DNA of 52,229 nt from an uncultured Candidatus Saccharibacteria bacterium (GTDB taxonomy: Bacteria; Patescibacteriota; Dojkabacteria; SC72): contig CAZPFV010000003.1 in assembly GCA_964585985.1 (NCBI GenBank), positions 1 through 52,229 of the forward strand, in the 5' to 3' direction. Shown piece after piece: positions 18,470 through 26,024 of this stretch; position 1 is the first letter of the stretch; every line of letters starts with the position of its first letter. The notes beneath the pieces were generated by a model that was not told the origin of the DNA, did no database searches, and saw nothing but the letters and a program-made list of their open reading frames with translations. The position numbers and the translations under genes were made by a program.

Positions 18470-20116
18470 ATGAAAAGAGATAAAAAGAATACCGAATTGG
18501 CTGAATTGCTTTTTCCTGATGTAAATATTACTGTTGAAGATTTGTATAAAAAATATCCTAAAAGGGAGCTAAAACCATCTCAATTAGTTTTAAGATTTGC
18601 TCCGAGTCCTACAGGCTTTTTGCATTTAGGTAGTGTGTTTACCTCATTAATTGGGAGAAAATTAGTAGATCAAACAGAAGGAACCTTCATTTTAAGAATA
18701 GAGGATACAGATAAGAAGAGGGAGATAGAGGGAGGTGTAGACTTAATTATCGATGGGCTTGAGGGGTTTGGGATTTCATTTGATGAGAGTGTACGAAAGG
18801 GAAAGTATGGTCCATATATCCAAAGTGAGAGGTTAGATATTTATCATGTTTTTGCTAAGTATTTGGTAAGCATCGGTGGTGCATACCCATGTTTTGCAAC
18901 AGAGGAAGAGCTTGGGGAGATTAGAGAGGAACAGAACAGAGAGAATGCTAGAACTGGTTACTGGGGTAGATGGGCAAAATGGAGAGATGCTGACATAGAG
19001 GATGTTAAGGAAGCCTTAAATGAGGGTAAGAAATTTGTAATTAGACTGTATTCTACAGGTAATTATGAAAACAAATTTACTTTAGATGACCTGATTAAAG
19101 GGAATTGTACTTTTACTGAAAATGATATGGATGTTGTACTGCTTAAGTCTGATGGATTTCCTACATATCATTTTGCACATCCGATAGATGATACTTTAAT
19201 GGGGGTTAATCTTGTAATTAGAACTTATGAGTGGTTTCCTTCTGTACCATTGCATTTAGAAATTTTTGATAAATTAGGCTTTGAGCGAATTAGATATGCT
19301 CATCCTTCACCTTTAATGAAAATGGATGGTGAGAACAAAAGGAAACTTAGTAAAAGAAAAGATCCTGAGGCTGATGCATCTTACTTTCTTGCTAATGGAT
19401 ATCCTGTTACAGGGGTATTGGAGTATTTCCTAAATATTATGAACTCTAATTTCTCTGATTGGAGAATTCAAAATCCACAATTACCATTTAGTGAGTTTGA
19501 ATTAAAATTAGAAAAATTTAATAAGTCGGGAGCCCTGTTTGATATGGTTAAGCTTACTGATGTATGTAAGGAGTATGTTTCAAAATTGAGTGCACAAGAG
19601 GTATATGAAGAGGCATTAGAGTGGGCAAAGGAGTATGACGATGAGATGTGTTCTAAGTTAAGTAATCATAAGGAGTACTGTATTAATATATTAAATATTG
19701 AAAGGGAGGGCGGGAAGATCAGGAAAGATATTATTAAATGGTCGGATATATCCCACCAGTTTGAAATATTTTTTGATGATATGTTTAAACGAGTTGAAAT
19801 AGAGAGTGTCGATGTTAATAAAGATTTACAAAAGAAAATACTCACGGATTACTTAGATACTTTCTATTTTGGAGATGATAGCTATGAGTGGTTTAATAAG
19901 ATAAAGAGAATTGCCGAAAAGAACGAGTTCTCTACAGATTATAAAGAGTATGAACAGAATCCTAAAAAGTATAAAGGGAGGGTTGGTGATGTGGCTATGA
20001 TAATTAGGGTCGCGATTACTGGTAGGAAGCAGACACCTGACTTATTCCAAGTAATACAGGTAATGGGGGAGGAGAGGGCTACTGGCAGGATAAAGGGATA
20101 TATCAATACATTCTAA
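18470..20116 (+). CDS. gltX: glutamate--tRNA ligase (long form, 548 aa)
   Basis: RFAPSPTGFLHLGS (HIGH region), ILRIEDTD and KLSKRK (KMSKS). Confidence 0.9.
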   Translation: MKRDKKNTELAELLFPDVNITVEDLYKKYPKRELKPSQLVLRFAPSPTGFLHLGSVFTSLIGRKLVDQTEGTFILRIEDTDKKREIEGGVDLIIDGLEGFGISFDESVRKGKYGPYIQSERLDIYHVFAKYLVSIGGAYPCFATEEELGEIREEQNRENARTGYWGRWAKWRDADIEDVKEALNEGKKFVIRLYSTGNYENKFTLDDLIKGNCTFTENDMDVVLLKSDGFPTYHFAHPIDDTLMGVNLVIRTYEWFPSVPLHLEIFDKLGFERIRYAHPSPLMKMDGENKRKLSKRKDPEADASYFLANGYPVTGVLEYFLNIMNSNFSDWRIQNPQLPFSEFELKLEKFNKSGALFDMVKLTDVCKEYVSKLSAQEVYEEALEWAKEYDDEMCSKLSNHKEYCINILNIEREGGKIRKDIIKWSDISHQFEIFFDDMFKRVEIESVDVNKDLQKKILTDYLDTFYFGDDSYEWFNKIKRIAEKNEFSTDYKEYEQNPKKYKGRVGDVAMIIRVAITGRKQTPDLFQVIQVMGEERATGRIKGYINTF

Positions 20117-20145
20117 AGAGAGATACTGTATAATACTCTGTGTGT

Positions 20146-20216
20146 TGCCGGATCGTCTAATGGTAGGACGGCGGTCTCTGGAACCGCTAATCCTAGTTCG
20201 AATCTAGGTCCGGCAA
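20146..20216 (+). tRNA. tRNA-Gln (anticodon CTG)
   Basis: TGCCGGA/TCCGGCA acceptor with the U1-A72 pair typical of tRNA-Gln. Anticodon stem-loop GCGGT-CTCTGGA-ACCGC, AGTTCGAATCT T-arm. Confidence 0.88.
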
Positions 20217-20219
20217 TTT

Positions 20220-20486
20220 TCAATTATGTCTAAAAGATGAGAGCAGTTGAGATATTTTGGTTATAGAGCTATTTAATATATCGTTGTCATGTACGGGGGC
20301 ACCAGTTTCATCTAAGATTTTCTCTATCTCCTCCTCTGAGAGAAGTATTCTAATCTCTTCATCACTACCCTGTAGTGCACTATTTAGTTTTTCGTACAGA
20401 GCAGTTCCAGAATATATTTCAATATCTAAATGATTATAAAGGGCAATTAATTCATTCCTACTTATCAGTAATATACCTCTTTGCAT
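20220..20486 (-). CDS. hypothetical small acidic protein (88 aa)
   Basis: Only an ORF of reasonable length in an otherwise empty interval. Confidence 0.4.
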   Translation of the reverse strand: MQRGILLISRNELIALYNHLDIEIYSGTALYEKLNSALQGSDEEIRILLSEEEIEKILDETGAPVHDNDILNSSITKISQLLSSFRHN

Positions 20487-20564
20487 TGCTAATTATTTTA
20501 AATTAAGTATTTAGTTTCTCCTCCTTTTGTACTACAATATACAGTATATCTAAAATCTCGATAA

Positions 20565-20822
20565 ATGAGTATGTCAAGAACATTATACAGATCTCAAACA
20601 GATACCGTTTTAGCTGGTGTATGTGGTGGGTTGGGAGAGTATTTTAATATAGATTCTACCTTAATAAGGGTATTATTTGCGGTTGGTGGAGCATTTTTTT
20701 TATACATTATACTTTGGGCAGTACTTCCTCTCTCTCCACTTGGTGATGCTAATGAAAAATCTGTAGCAAATCAAGGACCTTTCTATTCTATAAAGACTGA
20801 TACAAAAAAGAAAAGTAAGTAG
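20565..20822 (+). CDS. PspC-domain membrane protein
   Basis: LYRSQTDTVLAGVCGGLGEYFNIDSTLIRVLF is the PspC domain signature, followed by one TM helix. Confidence 0.8.
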   Translation: MSMSRTLYRSQTDTVLAGVCGGLGEYFNIDSTLIRVLFAVGGAFFLYIILWAVLPLSPLGDANEKSVANQGPFYSIKTDTKKKSK

Positions 20823-20843
20823 ATAATTTATAATCTTTTTATT

Positions 20844-21851
20844 ATGGCTGATGTCCCTATTATAGAGAAGAAGAGAAATTACTCTTGGGCGATATTTCTC
20901 ATTGCCGTAGGTATAATGCTTTTTCTAAATACAACGAATGTTGTGGGGTGGGGTATTTGGTTGTATGTAGCAAGATTTTGGCCAATTTTAATAATTCTAG
21001 TCGGTTTAAGAATAATTTCTGGTAATTCAGGGCTTGGGAGATTCATCTCTACTTTTTTTACATTCCTACTTACGATTTCAGTATTCACAATATCATATAT
21101 GCAGTTCACATCTAAGCCAATTCCTTTCTTTCCTGATAAAGTAAACAATTGGGTTCTAGATGGTGGTAGTGGTATTGTAAATTTAGGGAAAGAGTTGAGT
21201 AGTAGTACAGAAAGTTTATCATTTTCACAGTATCAGAATGTAATAGAGAGGAATGTAAATATTGAGGTTGGTGCAGGGAAATTTATTCTCAAGGAAGACG
21301 ATATAGATGAATATATTTTGATTAAGTCACACTACCCAGATACTTATGAGCCCCCCCAACTAATTCATGATATGCAATCTCAAATCTTAGATATTACATT
21401 TAAAGGGGCTACCTCAAGAGGATTCCAACTCTTCTATGATAATTCATCTTACGATATTACTACTGGTCAATTAAGCTTGCCTATCAACATTGATATTAAT
21501 CTAGGTGCTGGTTCAGGTCAGATGATGTTTAATACAACTCCCATAAATAATTTTTACTCAGAGGTGGGTGCTGGGAAATTAAATGTAGATTTTAACTTTG
21601 CATCTATCCCAGCTGGGGAGATTCATTTATTCGTTGGTGCTGGAGAGATGAATTTAAATCTTCCCTCTAGGGTGGGATATACGCTAGAGTATGACCTTGG
21701 GGTTGGGGATATTACCATTGATGGAGAATCTATTTCAAAGTTTAGTTCTGATAGAAAAAAATACACCTCTGCTAATTACAATGAAAGTTCTACAAAAATT
21801 AATATATTAGTTAATGTAGGAGTAGGCTCTTTTAATATTGGGGCACTTTAA
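20844..21851 (+). CDS. membrane protein with an N-terminal multi-TM region and a C-terminal repetitive beta domain (LiaF/DUF4097 'toast-rack'-like)
   Basis: Four N-terminal TM helices. Six spaced [VL]G[AV]G repeats: VGAGKFIL, LGAGSGQM, VGAGKLNV, VGAGEMNL, LGVGDITI, VGVGSFNI. Confidence 0.55.
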   Translation: MADVPIIEKKRNYSWAIFLIAVGIMLFLNTTNVVGWGIWLYVARFWPILIILVGLRIISGNSGLGRFISTFFTFLLTISVFTISYMQFTSKPIPFFPDKVNNWVLDGGSGIVNLGKELSSSTESLSFSQYQNVIERNVNIEVGAGKFILKEDDIDEYILIKSHYPDTYEPPQLIHDMQSQILDITFKGATSRGFQLFYDNSSYDITTGQLSLPINIDINLGAGSGQMMFNTTPINNFYSEVGAGKLNVDFNFASIPAGEIHLFVGAGEMNLNLPSRVGYTLEYDLGVGDITIDGESISKFSSDRKKYTSANYNESSTKINILVNVGVGSFNIGAL

Positions 21852-21865
21852 ATTTTTAAGTATTT

Positions 21866-22564
21866 TTGAACATGAAAAGAAACAATATGGAGCCTAAATT
21901 TTTGTTTGGCGTACTAATAGTTCTATTTGGAATCGTTTTGTTATTTGAACAAACAGGTATAATTCCTAGATTAAGTAGGTATTTTTGGGCTGTAGTTGGA
22001 GATCTTTGGCCATTGATTCTCATTTTTTGGGGAGCAAAACTTTTGCTAGACAAGAATTCTGTACTTGGTATGATCCTCCTTTTTTTAGGAGTGTCCTTTC
22101 TCTCTAGTAATTTGTTTAATTGGAATTTCTTTTCACTCTTTTGGCCTATTATCATAATAGGGATTGGGCTCTCTATCCTTTTACAAAGTGATGAAAAGAA
22201 AAGTAGTACAAAAATGAAAGAGAAAGTATCGAGTGAGGAGTATGTTAAAGAGAATGCTGTTTTTTGGGGTACTGAAAAAAAGATTACATCTAAAAATTTC
22301 AAAGGGGGAGAAATAAATGTTGTTTTTGGGCGGGTAGATTTGGATCTTAGAGAGGCAAAAGTATCAAAGGGTGGAGCAAAGATTCACATTAATTGTGCAT
22401 TTGGAGGAGTAGATGTTTTTGTACCTAAGGATTGTAGGGTTAAGACGGATGGGACGGGAATAATAGGTAGTTGGGAAACACATCTTAAGGAGCGAGATAT
22501 TAACGAACCTGTACTAGAGATTACGGGTGGTGTTATGTTTGGAGGAGTTCAAATTAAGGATTAG
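21866..22564 (+). CDS. LiaF-like cell-envelope stress protein (TM region + C-terminal LiaF-type domain)
   Basis: N-terminal TM helices of the same type as the preceding gene. C-terminus is FGRVDLDLREA...INCAFGGVDVFVPKDCRV...GVMFGGVQI. Confidence 0.55.
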   Translation: MNMKRNNMEPKFLFGVLIVLFGIVLLFEQTGIIPRLSRYFWAVVGDLWPLILIFWGAKLLLDKNSVLGMILLFLGVSFLSSNLFNWNFFSLFWPIIIIGIGLSILLQSDEKKSSTKMKEKVSSEEYVKENAVFWGTEKKITSKNFKGGEINVVFGRVDLDLREAKVSKGGAKIHINCAFGGVDVFVPKDCRVKTDGTGIIGSWETHLKERDINEPVLEITGGVMFGGVQIKD

Positions 22565-22928
22565 GAGTCGTTGTATCGTATAGAAGATCAGAGGATTCAT
22601 CTATTCTTAGAGAACCGAAAGGACCGTAAAAAGCTATTTCCCTTTTCTCTTTCCCTCTTACCGTAATATTATCTATTACAAAGCTGACCTCTCCGACAGG
22701 TATCTTTTTTTTGTATCCAAATATATATACGATTCTGCCCACGAGCTGCTCTATATCGACTTGTCTACCAGTTAACTCCGTATTATTATGGATTATTCCA
22801 TACGGAAGTAATTCACCATTTCCATTCTCTCCAATGTGGATTTCATATTCAATATCATCTACCTCCATCTGAAAGAATAGTGTTTCTGATATGGACTCTT
22901 GTTGTAATGATGGATTTTTTTCTACCAT
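22554..22928 (-). CDS. hypothetical protein (124 aa)
   Basis: ORF only. Its 3' end overlaps the convergent LiaF-like gene by 11 nt. Confidence 0.4.
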   Translation of the reverse strand: MVEKNPSLQQESISETLFFQMEVDDIEYEIHIGENGNGELLPYGIIHNNTELTGRQVDIEQLVGRIVYIFGYKKKIPVGEVSFVIDNITVRGKEKREIAFYGPFGSLRIDESSDLLYDTTTPNP

Positions 22929-22967
22929 AGCTGCAATTATACTATGAGGTGTGGAAAAATTTAAGTC

Positions 22968-23633
22968 TTACGCTATCTCCCAATCAATTGGCTCTATACC
23001 TTTCTCTGCTAACCAATTATTACATTTGCTAAACGGTTTGCTTCCGAAAAAGCCCTTACTTGCAGAGAAGGGAGAGGGGTGGGGTGAGGAAATAATCAAG
23101 TGCTTATCTTGGTTAATTAAGGGTATTTTGTTTTCTGCGTATTTACCCCAAAGGATAAAGACGACATGTTTTTTCTTTACTGAAATCTCTGCAATTATTT
23201 CATCCGTGTACTCTTGCCAACCTATGTCTCTATGAGATCCGGGTTTACCTTTCTCAACAGTAAGTACACTGTTTAAAAGTAATACTCCCTGCTTACTCCA
23301 ATGGGATAAATCTCCGTGTGTAGGAATTTTAACATGAATATCGCTGTGTAATTCTTTAAGGATATTTCTTAGTGAAGGAGGTAATTTCATACCTTTGTTA
23401 ACCGAAAATGATAATCCATTTGCTTGATTTTCACCGTGGTATGGATCTTGACCAAGTATAACAGCCTTTACTTTCTCTAAAGGGGTAAGCTCCAAAGCAC
23501 GGAAAAGAGCTCTTTTTTGAGGATAATACTGTAAGGTATTGATATCAATGCTTAAAGAATTATAATCGAAAGTAGGATAGCTATTTGTAAGAATAGTGGG
23601 ACTCAAAACTTTACGCCTCTTTCTTTTGACCAT
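22968..23633 (-). CDS. ung: uracil-DNA glycosylase, family 1
   Basis: GQDPYHG water-activating loop, LLLNSVLTV, and HPSPFSA leucine-loop region. Confidence 0.9.
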   Translation of the reverse strand: MVKRKRRKVLSPTILTNSYPTFDYNSLSIDINTLQYYPQKRALFRALELTPLEKVKAVILGQDPYHGENQANGLSFSVNKGMKLPPSLRNILKELHSDIHVKIPTHGDLSHWSKQGVLLLNSVLTVEKGKPGSHRDIGWQEYTDEIIAEISVKKKHVVFILWGKYAENKIPLINQDKHLIISSPHPSPFSASKGFFGSKPFSKCNNWLAEKGIEPIDWEIA

Positions 23634-23919
23634 AGGTTAAGAGATTCCAATCTTTATCATATTTGTTTCCATCTTGATCTGTAATCTCTATTTGACCATT
23701 TGCTCCTCTTTCTACTAATGTCTTACCGTCAGTATATCCTCCTGTAGCTGTTCTGCTGATAATTTTGCCATCCTCCATTTCTGATTTGAGTAATGTACCA
23801 CCTAATTCTTCAACAGCGAATTTTGTAAGTTCGTCTTCATCTGTCGGTCTAGCATTAAGTATATCTAGTAATTCATAATCTGCTTCAAAGGAGGATTTGG
23901 TTTCTTGTGGCTCAGTCAT
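23611..23919 (-). CDS. hypothetical protein (~102 aa)
   Basis: ORF upstream of, and overlapping, ung. Start set at ATG 23919 (MTEPQETK). Confidence 0.4.
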   Translation of the reverse strand: MTEPQETKSSFEADYELLDILNARPTDEDELTKFAVEELGGTLLKSEMEDGKIISRTATGGYTDGKTLVERGANGQIEITDQDGNKYDKDWNLLTYGQKKEA

Positions 23920-23982
23920 AATATATGTAATTAATATTAAATATATACTAAATGATACCAAAATATGACAGGAGTGTATATC

Positions 23983-25752
23983 CTAGAGTTCTTTCTCTAA
24001 GTATATGAGTTTCTTTTCAATTTCAACGATTCCTTTCTCCCAGAAGTCTCTCTTAGAGATATCAATCCCTATATCAAGGAATATATCCTTTGGAGATTTA
24101 CTATCTCCTCCTTTAAAAAATTTCTTCACGAGTTCTATATTCTTTCTATCCTTCTTTACTAAATATTGCAAATTCTTTGAAATGAGTAATCCACTTGAGT
24201 AAGAGTAGGTATAGAAGAAGGAGCGGATATGACTCCAGTATAGCCAACCTGCTTGCATATGCTTATCTTTCAAAACACTTTTGCCTAAATATTTACTCAT
24301 TTCATCTGAAAAGATATCTGAAATCTCTTTAACAGAGAGAAAACCTTTATTTCTAAATTCGGTGTGTATTCTTAATTCAAAATTGTAGCAAGCTATCTGT
24401 CTAAAAATAGTGGAAATATCCTCTTCTAAAGACTTGAGTAGTAGTAAATCTTTCTCTCTTTTACCTAAATTCGTGGCAACTTCCTCAAGAACAAAATTTT
24501 CAAAGAAAGTAGATGCAACCTCTGCAGAGGCAGTAGAGTATCCCTGATTAAGTGGATTTTGGGTATTTGAATACTCAGTATGGATACCGTGTCCACTTTC
24601 ATGAGCTATTGTTAATATATCCTGCAATCTGTTGTTGTGGTTTAACAAAATATATGTAGGATATTTAGAGCCTACACTTACACAGAAAGCTCCTCCCTGC
24701 TTAGATTGTTTTGGATGTACATCGTATCTACCCTCTGAGAGATACAAATTTAAAATATCTAAAAATTCACTGTCTAAGCTTCCAAAAACTTTTTTTACAG
24801 TTTGAATTGAATCATTGAAAGTGTATTCTTTTGTTATATCTTCAAGATTAACATTGCGCTCATAGTAGGCAAGAGCGTTTTGATTTAGTACTTTGCTTTT
24901 TAAGTTGTAGAATCTTTGTGATATTTTGAAATTGTTTGTGACACTCTCTCTTAATGTATCTACAATACTGCTGTCCATATCGTCTGAAAGTAGCCTAGGT
25001 AAGTCTGCTCTAGCTATTTTCCTATAATCATCACTAATATTTTTATTTTCTAAAATAGAATTTATTTCAAACTCTGCAATCTCTAGATATTTGCTGTTTA
25101 CTTTGTAAAAATTCTCCCCTGCAATATCTCTAACCCTTTTGTCCCTACTATTAAGATATGTACTGATTTCACTGTAAGGTACCTCTCTCTTGTTATTCTG
25201 TTCATCAGTAATGCTAATCGTTTGTTTCTGTAGAAGTTGCGATGTCATATCTACCCAGTTACCGTGTGAGGTTTTTGATTTAATGTTAAAGATTTTTTCC
25301 TCTTTGTCTGTTAAAAGATATTTTGCACTGCTAAAGCTTCTTTGTAAAAAGTGTTTGTACTGTTTTAAGTATGGAGAATTGAGAAAGATTGATTGTTTCT
25401 CTTTGGGAATTTTTGATATATTAAGCTGAAAGAACTGAATACTGTTTTCTAATTCTAGTGATACAGCGTGTAGTAGGTTCTCTTTAGCTTTAAGTCGAGG
25501 ATCTTGTTGATTAAGTGATCGTGAAAGAAATATGTAGTAAGAGGGTTTTGTACATATGCCACTATCCTCTATGAGCTCTTCATACTCTCTCAAAGCAGTA
25601 GCTAAAATTTTTGGTTGATTAAGATACTCCCTGTTCTTTCTCCATTTGCTAACAAAGTGTTTAACTCTGTTTTTGCTTCTTTCAATATCCTTTTCAATTT
25701 GTGGGTCAGATATATTTTTGTAAAGAAGTTTTAGATTCCAACTCTCTTTCAT
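23983..25752 (-). CDS. pepF: oligoendopeptidase F family metallopeptidase (M3B)
   Basis: HESGHGIH zinc motif with a downstream Glu. Size (589 aa) and helical layout are typical of M3B. Confidence 0.8.
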   Translation of the reverse strand: MKESWNLKLLYKNISDPQIEKDIERSKNRVKHFVSKWRKNREYLNQPKILATALREYEELIEDSGICTKPSYYIFLSRSLNQQDPRLKAKENLLHAVSLELENSIQFFQLNISKIPKEKQSIFLNSPYLKQYKHFLQRSFSSAKYLLTDKEEKIFNIKSKTSHGNWVDMTSQLLQKQTISITDEQNNKREVPYSEISTYLNSRDKRVRDIAGENFYKVNSKYLEIAEFEINSILENKNISDDYRKIARADLPRLLSDDMDSSIVDTLRESVTNNFKISQRFYNLKSKVLNQNALAYYERNVNLEDITKEYTFNDSIQTVKKVFGSLDSEFLDILNLYLSEGRYDVHPKQSKQGGAFCVSVGSKYPTYILLNHNNRLQDILTIAHESGHGIHTEYSNTQNPLNQGYSTASAEVASTFFENFVLEEVATNLGKREKDLLLLKSLEEDISTIFRQIACYNFELRIHTEFRNKGFLSVKEISDIFSDEMSKYLGKSVLKDKHMQAGWLYWSHIRSFFYTYSYSSGLLISKNLQYLVKKDRKNIELVKKFFKGGDSKSPKDIFLDIGIDISKRDFWEKGIVEIEKKLIYLEKEL

Positions 25753-25754
25753 CT

Positions 25755-25782
25755 TTGAATTATACTACAACTGTGATAGAAT
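25755..25782 (+). promoter_or_regulatory. candidate sigma70-type promoter for the ileS leader (TTGAAT-N16-TGaTAGAAT)
   Basis: -35-like TTGAAT at 25755-25760 and an extended -10 TGATAGAAT at 25774-25782. Sequence-pattern call only. Confidence 0.35.
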
Positions 25783-25784
25783 GG

Positions 25785-26005
25785 GCGAGTAACACAATGA
25801 CCCAGATATCACTGGTTAGTGGCGGAAAGAAAGTATGTATTACGAGTAGAATCCGACGGTTTACTTCCGTAAAAGAGTAGAGCCATGTATATGGTTCATA
25901 AGTTAGTTTTAGTAATGAAACTAAGAACAAGGGTGGTAACACGTATATACGTCCCTTTGTAAGAACTGATACAATATATTAGTTTTTACAAGGGGATTTT
26001 TGTTT
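25785..26005 (+). promoter_or_regulatory. T-box leader (tRNA-sensing transcription attenuator) controlling ileS
   Basis: AACAAGGGTGGTAACACG-tatata-CGTCCCT (25926-25957) matches the T-box/antiterminator consensus AAnnAGGGTGGTACCGCG...CGTCCCT. A 7-bp stem III (TTAGTTT/AAACTAA, 25903-25924) lies just upstream, with GAAAGAAAGTA and AGAGTAGAG boxes further upstream. The competing terminator follows. The 5' boundary is approximate. Confidence 0.8.
25951..26005 (+). terminator. intrinsic terminator of the T-box leader
   Basis: CCCTTTGTAA (25953-25962) pairs with TTACAAGGGG (25986-25995) and is followed by ATTTTTGTTT. The 5' arm is shared with the antiterminator. Confidence 0.75.
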
Positions 26006-26024
26006 AATATATGAGGTTAAAAAT

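Noticed and set aside
25760-25942. 60-aa minus-strand ORF between pepF and ileS
   Set aside because: It lies entirely within the T-box leader RNA and has no coding features.
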